Assembly (NCBI RefSeq): GCF_006345805.1
Contig: NC_043005.1
Location: 32,550,001-32,614,000 of the forward strand
Origin: Octopus sinensis
Lineage: Eukaryota
DNA: 64,000 nucleotides
Direction: 5' to 3'
The notes under the pieces were generated by a model that ran no database searches, had not been told where the DNA came from, and saw only the letters and a program-made list of their open reading frames with translations. A program made the translations under genes and the position numbers. This document shows positions 12,171-26,339 of this stretch, one piece after another (within the stretch, counting starts at the first letter, position 1; each line of letters opens with the position of its first letter).

Positions 12171-12948
12171 GTTTCTTTACTGCTGTTTCATTAGTCTTTC
12201 TCTTGTATTTTTGTGAAGTCACACTTTTCAGACCAAAAAAAAATATTTAAACACTATTTTTATCTTTTTATTTTCAGAAGTTGTATCCCCCAAGAAAAGT
12301 TTTGGTATGTATTCCATTTGTTTCTTGTCTGTTTCTTACAGAAGTTGTGGCATTATTGCATCAATGCTACAAGGGTTCTCATACAAATTTAAGTGTAAGC
12401 TACTTAGTGGTGAAGTGGTTTCAATGATGAATTACTTGATAGATATGGGTTTATCAATTCTCTTTTGTGCATTGCTCTAGTGTAATGTTTTCCAAAGGTG
12501 TTGGGAAGCGGCATTATTTTGATGTGAAGTATGAATTACTTCAGGATAGGATGTAAGCCAGTAACAAGTGAATAAAACTTGTGATGAAGTCTTAGTTAAA
12601 ACTCCTTTTGAATGTGTTTATGTATATTGTATGGTATATATTTAAGACATATACTTCATGCGAGATGTATAATTTTTTGGAAGTCATAGAGATGTGGGAC
12701 AAAAAACTAGTGTTCTAGCACATTTTCACTTAAACATTTCAGGTGAAAATAATCTGCTTGACATCCTTCCTTCCTTTCTTCCCAAATTATTAAGTGACGA
12801 ATTTAGGGACCATAGTAATGTGTAGGACTATAATTTCCTCTTGTGTGTGCGCACTTACAATGAGCATCCTATAAAAATATATATATATATATATAGATTC
12901 TTTCCCTCTCCTCATCATATATATATATATAGATTATTTCCCTCTTCT

Positions 12949-12987
<39 letters not shown>

Positions 12988-12991
<4 letters not shown>

Positions 12992-13863
12992 GTGTGATGA
13001 ATATACTGTCATCTAAATTATGCAAAAATGAAAATAACACTGGCATCTCATTTTAACAGATATATTTACCAAAATTGCATAAAAATATCTTGAAATACTA
13101 ATGAGTAAATTTATTCTATAAAATCATCATTGGCTTCAACCATGGCCTCCAGATGACTTCGGAATCTCCTGCAACTCTTCTGGATGGTCTCCTTGTTTAA
13201 GTTGGTGAATGCTTCTATAATCTTTGCCTTCAGTTCATCTTTGGTGTTACAAGGAGTTTTGTTGGTCTCTTGCGCAGTTGCATTCCACACATAATAATCA
13301 AGGGGTTGCAGTGTGGCCAGGTGTTAGAAATGATGTGGTTGCAGAAATTGTCTGACAACTGTGACTAGGTTCTCCTGTTTGTGTGACATGGTGCAGAGTC
13401 CTGTTGCCAGACATAGGATCTTCCAGCAGCCACCCTTTTGACCTAGGGCAGCACTTCCTCCTCCAGGCACTTGATGTAGGCCTCCATGTTGAGTCTGAGG
13501 CTGTGTGGGAAGATGAATGGAGACATAATGTCGCCATCACTAGTGATCACTCCAAACATCATGATGTTGACTGGATGTTTGATTTTTGTCACTCTCGGTA
13601 CATGTCCTTAGATTGCACTGTCCTCAGATTGACACCCAAACATTCTGAACTGTTTGTATTGGAGCTTCCAGCATGAATGCCAAGCAATACAGCATATCAT
13701 TTTCAAATTTCTGGCAGAGTGAATTGTATCATGGTGCTGTTTTTCTCACAGACAGTACCCAACTAACCCTACTATACTGCATTGTCGACAAAACCAAAAA
13801 TAAACAATGCCCATGCCTGAAATTAAAGATATAAAATGGCAACAATTTTCCCATCGCACCCTG
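12988..13863 (-). mobile_element. Internally deleted Tc1/mariner element (DDxD, maT-like)
   Basis: Ends related to CAGGGTGCGA in a TA context. Minus strand encodes KHPVNIMMFGVITSDG...YVWQQDSAPCH...NP.DYYVW...RFRSHLEAMVEANDDFIE*. Third catalytic residue is D; has stops and frameshifts. Confidence 0.85.
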
Positions 13864-13904
13864 TATATATAGCAAGCAAAATGTGTCTATGCAAGTATCT
13901 TTAA

Positions 13905-14123
13905 CCCTTTAGCATTTAGACTGACCATATCAGGCCCAAATAGTCTACTTGTTTTATGTTCAAACTGGTCAGATCCAGGCTCTCACATAGCCTATAATGT
14001 CATTCTAAAAATGGACAACCACATTATTGAAATTTTGAAGCTATGAGATAATGCATGATTAATTCAAAACAATGTGAATAAAATAAGTGTTATATTTGAC
14101 AAAGTAATCAGAATGCTAAAGGG
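13905..14123. mobile_element. piggyBac-like TTAA MITE
   Basis: TTAA-CCCTTTAGCATT...AATGCTAAAGGG-TTAA, 12-bp TIRs, non-coding. Confidence 0.88.
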
Positions 14124-15849
14124 TTAATGAGTTTATCTGAAAACAGAATCTGAATCAATAAGAAAATATGTATTCTTTTTATCTCTCAATTATTTTGAGC
14201 ACAGATGTCTCTCTCCCTGCAATACATTTATTTTTTCAATAGAAATTATTGACATCTAAGAATTAGAATTTTTTTTTTTATGTCTTATTTTAAAAAAAAA
14301 ATGAGTGCAAAGAATTCAGTAACACCTGCATAGTTATTTAGAAATAAGAATTGAAGATAGAAGCAGGTTTTAAATCAATTGGAATTACTTAACATGCATT
14401 GGCCTTTATCAGCTTCTAGACAAATACATAAAACATTGGCTTGCTGGCTGCTGTTGGTAGTGTGCCAGAATCAGTATCAGCCAGATTTCTATTTCAAATC
14501 TTAAGTGATCCTGTCCTGTAGATTTGCCAAAAGAATAAAAGAAATGATTTGTTCTGTGCAAAGTCTGCCCATGTGGTTGGCAAGCATTTGAATTGAACTC
14601 TTATTTGTGTATATTATTACATGCATTAATAACCTCAGGAGGTGTGTTCATCGTTCATCACCTATATAATTTCATAGCAAATGAATCATTACACACATAG
14701 ACATGTTTGGGAATTTCCAAGTGTAAACATATAATCGTATACATCATTGTCATTTTAATGTTCACTTTTCCATGGGTCAGGTAAATTTGTTGAAGCAGAT
14801 TTTAAGTGGTTGGATTCCCTTTTCACAAACCTTCATCAGTTTTCAAGCAAGTTATTCCCCACTAGTCCTTTAAATATGAACAGCACACATAATTACAAAA
14901 GAAGCCTGTATAACTGAAGTTTCTGGACAAATGTATGTTGTCAAGATTACGACAGACTTGCACACATACATGACAAGCTTCTTTCAGTTTCCTTCTTCCA
15001 AATCCACTTGTCCAAAGTGCTGCACAGTAAGACTGAACCTAAAATCACATGACCATACCTGCACCTATATTTAAACATATTTAAAGTTATTCTGCTTTGT
15101 GCTAGTGGCCCTTTTAAAACATCCTTTTTCAAGCATCTAATTGGAAGATTTGATATTGTTGTTTAGCAATTATTATACATATTTAACAAGTTTAAGGGAT
15201 AATAATAATAATAATAATTTTTCTAATTTGAGGGGAGTCGATTATATTGAAACCCCTCTTCCCCAGTGCTTGACTAGTGCTTTATTTTACTGAACCTGGA
15301 AGAACAAAGTTGACCATTTAGGAATTTAAACTTGGACCATAAACTACTGGAACAAATACTACTAGGCACTCTAATGTCTCCTGTTCTTACCAATTTGTCA
15401 CCCAATTTTGTTTTCTTTTATCTTACTTCTGTATTTAGTTTATATTTAATTATTGTAAAAAAAAACATTAGAGTTAATTGATTATTGTAAAGAGTTGATT
15501 ATCTAATGTCACAGATTTTTTTGTACTTGAGATTTATTTTATTTCCTTGAAAAGAGAAATAGCAAGATTGATCCAGTATTGTTTGAACTTAGACCATGGA
15601 GATCACATCTGCTACCAAATAAAGTGTTTTATTTGATGCTCTGATTCTCTTACCTGTTTCCCTTTTATTGACCTGCTTTCATTTACAATCAAGAATGAGT
15701 GTTTCTGCCATCATCACTCCCTCTTCTTGAGTCCCCACCATCATTCACAGTTGAGTACCTTTTCTCCTCTTATCTATGGTCACCACCACCACTATTTCTG
15801 TCCATCACTCATCTTACCTACTTTTGTAACCTTTGCCTACCCTTCCTGA

Positions 15850-15894
<45 letters not shown>

Positions 15895-16699
15895 CTCATA
15901 GGTAACTTTAATGATATACCTTGGCTCCTCACCACCATTACCTCCCTCTTTCTCTCTGATACCATTCCACTCGCTCTCACCTATATACAACACAGAATAG
16001 TCCTAAATCTTCTCTTACTCCACCCTTTCCACTGTCCTCTTCTTCACTCTCACCAGCCCAGAAACATTACTCCTTTTTCTCCCCACCACTCTTTATCTTA
16101 TTCCGACTTCTCTGACATGGAAATTCTTCTCTTTAGTCTTGTAAGTTACAAAGGAACATCGCTAGTGTTGGTACCATAAAAAAAGGCACTCATAACACTG
16201 TAACATGGTTGATGTTAAGACGGGAATCCAGCCATAGAAATCAAGCTAAAACTGAGACAGATGGAGAATGATGATAGTGATAAAGAAAATAAATGAGCTA
16301 CAAATATATATCCAGAATTCTAATCCACCAAAATTTTTTTTACTACTTAAAGTTTATGATAATGCAGCACATTAGTGAAGACAAGAAAAATTATTGATGA
16401 ATCAGTTATTTCAGGTGACCCAAATGATTGATGTGATTTAATTTTCCCTTAACCTTTAGTAATAATAATCCACATCTATCTTAGTTACCACCTCAGTTTC
16501 TGCATGACTAACAAACTTGACTCTGCTTATTCCCTTCAAAAGACCTGGATGAAACAAAACTAGTAAAAAGAAGGACAATAGAAGGATTTTGCAGTTGTCA
16601 GATTCATTAAAAGTGAACTTACTTTTATTTCTGATTCTCAGTGACTCCTATTTATTATGTACAAGATACAATTTCAGAAGATTTCTACAGTTTGCAACA

Positions 16700-17160
16700 T
16701 CCATTAATAAGTCTCAAAGACTTGTCATAAATAATGTGTTTGTGCATTAATCAACATTAATAGATCTAATAGCTTCAACTGTCAGAACTTTGGTGGGTTT
16801 GTGCCGTTATTGGCCCAGACCATATCTAATTTAATAGCACCACCTGTGGTAAGTAATACAAAATGAGAAAATGCAAGGTGAATCTGATGGCTTCATCTTC
16901 AAATAAAGTTTAATAGTCTTCTATGGATATTTCATGGCTATTCTATCCTTTTTCTTTCAAGAATAATATATCAAGGACTACATTAACTAATGTCTTCCCT
17001 GTTTTGTTTTTTAATCATGGTAAGATGTGGTTTGGTGATGATTTGGCTGCTATTGTTAGCAAGTTTTGTAACCACATAGTGGTTTACTATTTTGCTCCCT
17101 CTTTCTAAGCTTCTGCTGGTTTTTGCAGATTTAAACAAAAGTTCTTTCTCAGAACTTTCT
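16700..17160 (-). mobile_element. Possible degenerate Penelope-like RT fragment
   Basis: Gapped minus-strand reading gives IITKP... and ...YGL...HKP, reminiscent of Penelope-like RT. Very decayed. Confidence 0.3.
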
Positions 17161-17744
17161 TTATCAAAATTTACTATTCTACAGAATAAATTAAACTGTG
17201 AAGAACATCAAAATATATTATTTTGCAGGTTTAATGTTCAAATGTCAACCCCTATATTTACTGTGGTAAATACATTAACTGTAATTTGATTGCAAAGTAA
17301 TGTATCATCTGTCAATTTGTCATTGTGCCAAATTCATCACCAAAAGATCTGTCATGCTTTATATACATTACAGTTTTTATTTGCTGTGTGAAAATGCTGC
17401 ATTCTATTAATAACTAGCTTAATGACCTGGTGTCACCTGGGTTACAGCTGTTATTATTCAGATTAATAAGCAATAAATATAAAGATATATTCTCATAATT
17501 ATTTCAAAACATCTATATTTTAATAACAAATATCCAAATTGTAATGATAATAGAATTTTGAACTGAAAATCTGTCACTGTTGAAGTACATCAGGTTAAGC
17601 AATATTCATTGTGTAAATTTTTGTTGGTGTCCAAATGAATAATTTGTTGTTGCTTCCAACAAGCAACATAGAGTTGGCTGTGGAAAAGCATGTAGTAGAG
17701 AGATCAAGTGCAACTATCTTGAAGGATTGACCCTGAGATTTCAT

Positions 17745-18420
17745 CATGATCATCATTGTTTAACATCCATTTTCCATGCTAGCATGTGTTGGATGGTTCG
17801 ACCGGGGTCTGGGAAGCCAGGAGGCTGCATCAGGCTCCAGTCTGATCTGGCAGTGTTACTAGAGCTGGATGCTCTTCCTTACGCCAACCTCTCCGTGAGT
17901 GTAGTGGATGCTTTCTATGTGCCATCGGCACAGGTGCCAGGGGAGGCTGGCAACAGCCATGATCAGTTGGTGCTTTCTACATGCCACCGGCACGGAAGCC
18001 AGTCAAGGCGGCGCTGGCATTGGCCACATTCGGATGGTGCTTTTTATGTGCCACCAGTACAGGTATCACAACTACAATTTCCATTTGATTTTTATTTTGA
18101 TGTTGATGTACTTGATTCATTAGGTCTCCTCAAGCACAGCAGGTCGCCCTATGATCCAAGGTAAGGACATCAGGCCATCCTGCGATCCAAGGTACTTTGG
18201 ATGGGCTGGGGCTGCTATGTGAAGTTGGTGCAGGAAACAGCCATGAACTCACGTTATTTGCTGGTGCAGGAAACAGCCCTGAACTCATGTTATTTGTCTG
18301 GTCTTCGCAGTCACAGCATATCTCCAGAGATCCCGGTCTTTCGTCAATGCCTCTGTGAGGCCCAACATTTGATGGTCATGCTTGACCACCTCATCCCATG
18401 TCTTCCTGGATCTACCTCTA
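17745..18420 (-). mobile_element. 5'-truncated RTE-clade LINE (ORF2 end, 3' UTR and (TGA)n tail)
   Basis: Minus strand 18420-18290 reads RGRSRKTWDEVVKHD...TKDRDLWRYAV. Internal 36-bp duplication at ~18226-18297. Related copies at 50333, 60628 and 62318. Confidence 0.85.
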
Positions 18421-20719
18421 CCCTAAATTCCTTCAAAATTGGTAACTCAGTTTTCAAATCCATGAGGAACACAAACAATCTCTCTCTCTCTCATATATTA
18501 AGATGAAAAAAAATTTCAAAGACAAAAAAATTCCATCTTGCAATCTAGAAATGTGTTAGAAGTTTTGAAAAAAGAACAATGTACTTAGTAGATTAAAAAG
18601 TTAAGTAAAATGAAACCCATCCAGATGGTTCTCCAATATGCTGTACAGGAATGAGTTAGAATGTTTTTATTGTTAAAAAAAGATGATGACGTTTCCTCTA
18701 TTTACAAAAATGTTAAATTACATTTTGAGTTATTTATTGTGAAGCCATTGTTCATAATGAATTTATTGGACAAAGATTCTGATATTCAATATTAATGGGA
18801 CTTATTTATATTCTTTGTCAACTTTTTAATGAACTTGATTTTTGTGAAAATCTGTTGAAGCTACCTTCTGGATGTATATTAAATAGATCATTCTGTACTG
18901 TTTAAGATACCTTCTAGATGGTGTATATTAAGTAGATCAATTTCACTTCATAAATATTGAGCAAACAAATTGGCAAAAGTTTATAACGCCTGCCTAATAT
19001 TCTTTAAATATTGAAGTTCATTGTAGTTGTTTGTTTATGGTTGTCAATCAACTCCAGTAATTCTTATCTTGGAAGAGTTTAGTGAGCATATGTTTGGTGT
19101 GTATGCATGTGTGTTGACCTGAGTTAACTGAGTCTGTAAATTTTAATATTCTGCAAATTCAAATGGTTTATGTAAAATACACTAATCCTTCAAGAGTGAA
19201 ATTATGTTTACACTTAGTTTTCAGTGTATTTAAGATGACTCAAGTATGGTACATTACTCTACATAAGTCGTATATCTCAGCTTATTACTCCTACAATTTG
19301 AAATCATAACCTTTTAGTATGTAGCTTTAAACTTTATCTACCATTGCATATTTTCCAACTACTCAATTCTTTGTCCTTCAGTTTACTGATCAGAACATTT
19401 CATAATCACCATTTTTGGGGTGAGGGATGACTTCATATTCAAATGGAGATGTCACACATTTGCTCAAAACATCATAGCTAAGTACTAGTACTAAGAATAA
19501 TGAATGTGGTTTATAAAAGGATTGATTAACTAACTGATTGATGTTGGCATAATGATATGCCAACTGAGTAAAATCTCTCCATTATTTTTGAATTTAAATT
19601 GAAAAACAAGTCGGTTTGGTTTTATGCCGTTTTAGAAATTCCAAAGCAATGTTATATCAGGTTTTCTCAAAAATCTTGAAAACTAGGTTCATTTGGTTCA
19701 CCTTTACAGTCTTTAACCTGTAATCTTTCGCTAAGCAATTTTAATTAAGGGAAATTTGTAATGAGAATCCAGTAAATTATCTAATAGTAATTCTAATCCA
19801 ACATATGAAACCAAAATGACTTCAAATTTTATTTGGAATTGTCTTGGAATCAATTATGTTCCCAGTTTCCTTGGATTCTACTCTTTTGTTTTACATTAAT
19901 TAATATTACTCTGTGAAAATTTTATTTAAAATGCTTTGTGATTCAGTTTTGATATTAGTGTCTGTTTAATAATGAGAATCTATATTCTTTAATTAAAAAT
20001 ACTCAAAGACTGAATCATTGATTTCAAGCCATTTCTGTAAAATGTTGCAATTCTTTTCATTCTTTAGTTGCATTTCAAAGTCTGTTGTTAAAAGTTGTTC
20101 CAAAACTAGAAACATCTGAATTGGTTTCATGAACAATATTTTGATATGGAGAAAAAAAGTTTGATTTTGGCAGCTCAGTATTGGACCCCTCAAAAATTTC
20201 ATATGAAAAATATTTAAAGATTTCTCTTCTCATATTTATTCCAGAATGAAACATTTTAGATTTTAATTATTCATTGTAAATATTAGAACTTGATATTACA
20301 GAAAAGAAATTAAATATCTTAAAAATTCCATGTTAATTTGTATTTTTAAATCAAAAACTTCTGGCTACTGGTTGAGAGAGAGAGAGTTTGTGGGGGAATT
20401 TATGCATATATGTCCACAAAAACCATGTTCTCTTTTTAGATTTCAAGAACATTACAAGATGCTTCAGAACTATGTACTTTACTTTATACACGACAAAAAA
20501 AAAAAAAACCCTGACAATATAGATATTCAAACTCATTTCTAAAGAGTAAATTCTTTGTTCCTAGTGGTATAAACATTCAGTTTGTCAAATGGAATAATTA
20601 TTAGTTGTAATAGTTTATGGTTTCTTCATAAATATTCTATAGACAAGTACCATAGACACTGTTGCTATAGCCCCCCTATCCCCCCCCTCTGGCCATGTAA
20701 CCACAGATGTGCTTCTCTT

Positions 20720-20890
20720 GGACTATTCTTTTCCTTCTCTCCGGACCTTACCTCTCTCCTCTTTCTGATGAAAGGCCATGCTTGAAACATCACCCCCACC
20801 TCATTTTTCCATCTTAGACTGAGCAACAGCCTTATAGATTCACTGTGTATGTCCTTTTGACTTTTGTTGTTTTTGTTTTTATTTTCGATT
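20720..20890 (+). repeat. Short repeat carrying a degenerate hammerhead-like core
   Basis: Pyrimidine tract, CTGATGA-AAGGCCATGCTT-GAAACATC, then CTGAGC...GTCCT...TTGTT. Same architecture as 62790-62950. Confidence 0.5.
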
Positions 20891-21049
20891 TGCCTATACA
20901 TATACCACTGACAACCAGAAATTTAAGTACTTGGTCTTGGTGTTTGTTCATTACCCTAAATACATAAGAGATGTGTGTGTGGTGGTGGGGGAACAGGCAA
21001 TGAGGTGTTTTGTTGTTGTTATGCTTATTCTGTAATCTTGTTTGAAGAC

Positions 21050-21620
21050 CCAAGCTGTTATGAAGATGACCAAATCTGAAATTGTTTTATGCAGTTGTAC
21101 TTACAACATTGGATATGGTTTATTGAAATGTTGAAGGTTCTTGGTGTATGATTTAAGGTCTGGATTGCACTATTGTAAAGTACACTGTGGTTGTAGGCAA
21201 TGAAGGTAATTTATCACATGCAACTGTAAAGTTTTACAAAATATCAAAAGTTAGTCTTGGACAGTTTTGGATTAATATCAAGTAAAAGATGTTGCCCTTC
21301 TGAAAATGAATAAGTTCCAGTATTTGCATCCCTAGTTTTGAAAATCTTGCTATAAGGGTTGCTCTTATACTAGTTTTAGCTCAGTAGCTGTGGCCACACT
21401 GAGGGTTGTTAGTGTTTAAGTTGCAACATTCTTGAAGCTATAGATAAGAAAGTCAGACATTATCAATGATTTATCTTCTTAATGAACATATGTTCTGAGT
21501 AATCTTTGTAGAAATGTGATTTTAATTCTGACTGGACCATTTGTTTCTGTATCCAGATAATTCCTAGCCCTTTGTCTCCATATTACTGTTTGATATTAAA
21601 CAGAAAATGTAGGAAGGAAA
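21050..21620 (-). mobile_element. Possible degenerate Penelope-like RT fragment
   Basis: Minus strand has DKGLGII (cf. the DKNLG/DKG motif) near 21575 and NNFRFG near 21085. No continuous frame. Confidence 0.3.
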
Positions 21621-22911
21621 ACTAAGAGCATAATTTATGATGACAGTCTTATCTTCCATCAGCTTAGCTTCTTGAACTGTTGTAGACAGTGAAAGTAATT
21701 GTGTAATACTCTTATTGAGAAATGTGTATTATTTGCTCAAAATAACTGAACAGTGATCGTTGAACTTATGGAGCTATATGTTTCACTATATTACAGTGGG
21801 TCTGAAGAGAAGAAAGTTTAGCTTTTATTGGGGTCACTAGACTGGTATAAAGAAACTGAAAAGTTTTAGTGTCAATGAAATATTGCTATGTTATTAATCT
21901 TATAGATAGATGTTTGCTTGTCAGGTGTTATTTTTAGCTAAACTTCTCTCTTCAATGTTAAAACGAAATATATAATTGATTTCTGACAAATGTTAAATAT
22001 TCACCATAATAGCATAGAAGGTTTTAAGCATCAAAACTGTATTAAGATAGGATATTAATTAAATCATTGAAAGTGTAGTTTGATGGGCAATAGTCTTAAT
22101 ATAGATAACAGTTTAGTTTGAATAGTTTCAGGGCTGCACCATTCCAACTAAAGATGGTCTAGCTGACCAGCAGCTATGACAAAGTCCTGTCATCAAGTGA
22201 ACTGAATTTTTTTCAGAGTTTATTTCTAATTTTTCTCTAATGATATTGATTTTAAATCTTAGCACAAGGTCAGCAGTTTTGCAGGGTGGGTATAAGTTAA
22301 TTACATCTACCCCAGTTCTCAGTTGGTACATATTTCATTGATTCCAAAAGGATGAAAGGCAAAGTTGAACTTGGCGGAACTCAGGACATAAAGACAGATG
22401 AAATGTTGCTAAGCATTTTGCCTGGTACCTTTTTTTCTCTAATGATATTAAGAGACAGACAAAGATGTCTCGGTGCTGCTGGTATAAATTACAATATTAT
22501 TAATTTTCAGCATAACCAGATGATCATCCTTTAGACTACATAGCCTACATCCTAAATGGGTAATGTTAACTGTCTGCTACATAAATATTGTCATTAATAT
22601 TTATGTATTAATTCAATGTGTAGATGGAACATTAGACTTCTAATGACTCGCCTGGTATTTTGAGTTTCACTTTAATTTATAAATTTATAGTGTTGGGATT
22701 TTAAAATTTTTTATTAAAACTTTCTGAAAGATGAAAAGATTAGGATTATTCTTAGTTTGTTAATAGCCTTTTTATTTTTTATTTGCTGGGTTTGGAGGAA
22801 GGGCAATACATTCACCAGTGTGGTTGATGACATTAATGTTTCTCTTAAACCTTTATTATTATTATTATTATTATTCTATGTTTGACTTTTGCTTTATTAT
22901 TATTATTATTA

Positions 22912-22964
<53 letters not shown>

Positions 22965-23059
22965 TAAGATGTCACACAGTATCCAATATCGTAATGTTGT
23001 TGATTGAAGCTACTGTGTCTTTGGGGTGGGGTACTGTCTGCCAAGTCACAACAAGGACC

Positions 23060-23610
23060 TCAGACAGACAGTACTTTATGCAATACACCTAAATTGTAGA
23101 GTATTTCTAAAGTTTCCAGATGTTTTTTTCAAATTGGGTGGTATTGGATGAACCCAATGCTCTGATGACAATAAGGACAACCTTTATGTTTGACTCTCTT
23201 GTAACTGCCAAATCTTAGCGATCTCAATTCTCTGGTATCCATATTTATCAGTCTTTTCTCTTTCTTTCATGATAATATGTTGATCTCCTGGCACTGCCAC
23301 ATAGATTATTAGGCACTCTTGTTTGTCCCTCTTAAAGGTGACTATATCCAACCTTGTCTGTCTGGAAGTCAAAGTCTCAGAGGATTTTTGCCTTCCCTTC
23401 AGCTTTATTTTGCTGAGTATGATGGAAAGTGTCAACTGTCCACAACCAGCAGACTAAAAGGACGTTTGTTTACTAATCATGCTTCAAGGACTCTGCAGAA
23501 TACTCTTGCAGTTCTAAACAATGATGATTTTTGTGGGTGTTTTATCTTCACATTCATTCCAATTTTTTGAGCCATGTTGGTAGTTGGGTACTGATGCTTC
23601 CAAGTGCAAT
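23060..23610 (-). mobile_element. Two 3' fragments of REL-endonuclease LINEs (R4/Dong/NeSL-like)
   Basis: RLDIV...CLIIYVAVPGD...KEREKTDKY...EIAKIW (ORF 23184-23435), plus a second C-terminus ALGSI...QKSSLFRTARV..RVLEA* at ~23480-23610. Confidence 0.8.
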
Positions 23611-23786
23611 TATCATCATCATCATCATCATCATCAAGTCAGGTTTTGTTGGAACTCCTGGAGTCTTGTATGTGTAGTGGGCTTGCTACATGCAGCCTAT
23701 GGCTCCTTGCTATCAGTTCTTTTCAACTATCTAATACTTCCCTTTTTATTATAATTATAATAATAATAATAATAATAATCATAATC

Positions 23787-23971
23787 AAGGCAGCAAATTG
23801 GCAGAATTGTTAGCATGTCAGACAAAATGTTTAGTGGCATTTCTCCTGACCATTTACATTCTGAGTTCAGATTCCTCTGAGGGCAAATTTGCTTTTCATT
23901 CTTTCAGGGTTGATAAAATAAAGTGCCATTCAAGTACTGAGGTTGTGCTGGCCTTGTGCCAAACTCTGAAA
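23787..23971 (+). mobile_element. SINE family B copy
   Basis: AAGGCAGCAAATTGGCAGAATTGTTAGC...GAGTTCAGATTC...GGCCTTGTGCCAAA, directly after a (TAA)n tract. Confidence 0.8.
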
Positions 23972-24468
23972 TGATTCTTTCCTTCTTCCTCTTATTATTA
24001 TTAATGCAGTATAACTACCACCTCCACCAATGATGATGATGATAATAATAATGCAGTATAACTTATCTAGTCTCACAGAAGCTACCCCCTATCCACCAAT
24101 CCATAAAGAAAAAACAACAAAAAAGCAAAACATGGAATTTGAAACATTTGTTTTATCAAGCTGAAATGGAAAGAAAGAACTTGGTTTCCAGCTGACTGCA
24201 GTCATTTGCTGAAATAACTGATACCCTTTTTGAAGTCAGTGTTTGGTATTAGTGAAGGCTTCCTGTTGCATTAGCAGAGTTTGTAGTACCCCCGCCCTAC
24301 TCTGAAGAAAGAATAATTGCTAAGAACTATATACAATTCAGAATAACTGTATACAGGCATTCATATATTGCTAATGTTACCTAGATTTTAAACAAATCAC
24401 CTTAGTTTATGATAGCTGTCATCAATGCTTTTATTCTTAGCGAGTTGTTTTGATGAAGAACAAAGAGA

Positions 24469-24512
<44 letters not shown>

Positions 24513-24959
24513 TATGCCAGTGTCCTTCACATGATTAATCTTCATTAATTGCTACTTTTTTGTATTTGTGCTTCATTCTTGCTTCAAGTTGTTCACTGAG
24601 AAATATAAATATTCTTTTTATTTACATTTTAGTCTTCCAAAATAATTAAATGCACCCAAAAATACCTGAGTGAATAAGTTATTAAGATAGTGAACAGCTG
24701 ACCAGTTAAGGTCATTAGATGATTTAATTTCAAATATCTATAAAGCCAACTGCCAGCCAGTTTGATAACATTCTTGTCATTTGTAGAGTTTCTGGAGGGC
24801 ATTGAGTTACAATAGTGGGAGGTTCAATCTTCTTGGTTGTTTCTTGAAATTGAAGAGGCCTCAATCCAAATAAACCAACTGAATGGTGTAGGCCCAGGTT
24901 TCCAATGATGGAAGTCTGGAAAGAAAAAGACAGTTTGGTTATGGGTTGAACATGTCTGA

Positions 24960-25325
24960 GCACAGGTCTCTTTAATCAGGACTAACCTGGGGGTCATACT
25001 ACTACTATATGGCTGATGACTTTGTTGGTTATGATGAGTGTTCCAGTTGATACAATCAACAGAACAGCCTCTTTGTGAAATTAATGTGAAAGTGGCTGAG
25101 AACTCCACAGATATGTGTACCCTTAATGTAGTTCTGAGAGAGATTCAGTGTGACACAGACTGTGACAAGGTTGGTCCTTTGAATTATAGATACAACTCAT
25201 TTTTGCCAGCTGAATGGACTGGAGCAACATGGAATAAAGTGACTTGCTCAAAGACTTAATGCACTATCAGGCATCAAACCCATAATCTTACGATCCTGAG
25301 TCAAACATTCTAATCACTAAGCCTT
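24960..25325 (-). mobile_element. tRNA-derived SINE, family D
   Basis: Minus-strand head GGCTTAGTGATTAG...GGGTTTGATGCC, then TTTGAGCAAGTCACTTTATTCCATGTTGCTCCAGTCCATTCAGC. Related pieces at 39850-39980 (+) and 41580-41690. Confidence 0.7.
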
Positions 25326-26339
25326 TTGTCTTCATATATTTCTACATGATTCAAAGAGTATTAACTGTAGACTGTATATGTCAAGTTAAAATGCATGTTC
25401 CAAAAATTCATATACAACTACTGAAATTTTCTGATTCTGCAATAAAGCGGTAAAAATATTTACACATGGTTCAAGAATGGTTTTGCTCTCTGAAAGAAAA
25501 AATTGTCATCTGCCTTGGCTTCATCTTATCTCCAAACTTAATCAAATTATGTGAGGGCGTGGAGGAGGAGGAATTGGAGGAATTTTGAAATGGTGGCTGT
25601 TCGGCAGTGAAGATGTGAATGAGTGTGTCCCAGGTGAAAGTTTGGAGCAGTAAATGAAATATGAATCAGCGGCAGAAGGGGATGGTTATGATGAGTTTGG
25701 CCATGAATGAGACTGACAAAATATTTAAAAGGCATGCATGTGAACACGCGTGCGCGCACACACACACACTAGGTTTTTTTAAAAATAATTTTGTTAAAAA
25801 TTGGAAATATTTTTTAACATACTGGAGTTGAATTAAAGATTGAGTTGAACAGCTGCAAATGTCACAAACTCTGGAATTTATCTAACTTCTTAGGTTTGTC
25901 ATAACTCTGTTATATCTTTTACATCTTTATAGGTGTTATCTTATAATTATTATTGTTATTTACTATTTTACTCTCTGACACTATACAATTGTCTGTGTTA
26001 TTGGTGTTTTATGTAGTTATATTATTTGTTCATTGTTTTTTATGTATGACGTTGTTTTCATGTTTTATGGTAATTCAGTTTTGAATTGATAATCTAGAAG
26101 TTAAGATTTTAAAACGTTTATTTACTCAAACAGTTTTTTATGTTTCTTTTACGAGTTTTAATTTCATTTCTAAATATTGACTTTCTCCCAACATACAACA
26201 CACAACAGAAAATCTGCCACAAATTTCATATCTTCTCAGTTTCCAAAGAGTTGTTTTTGTTTCAACAAAGTCATGCCTTGTTTAGTATTATCATTCTGTG
26301 CTGTTATTGAGTCTATCAAGTTTAGACTAAAATCAAATA

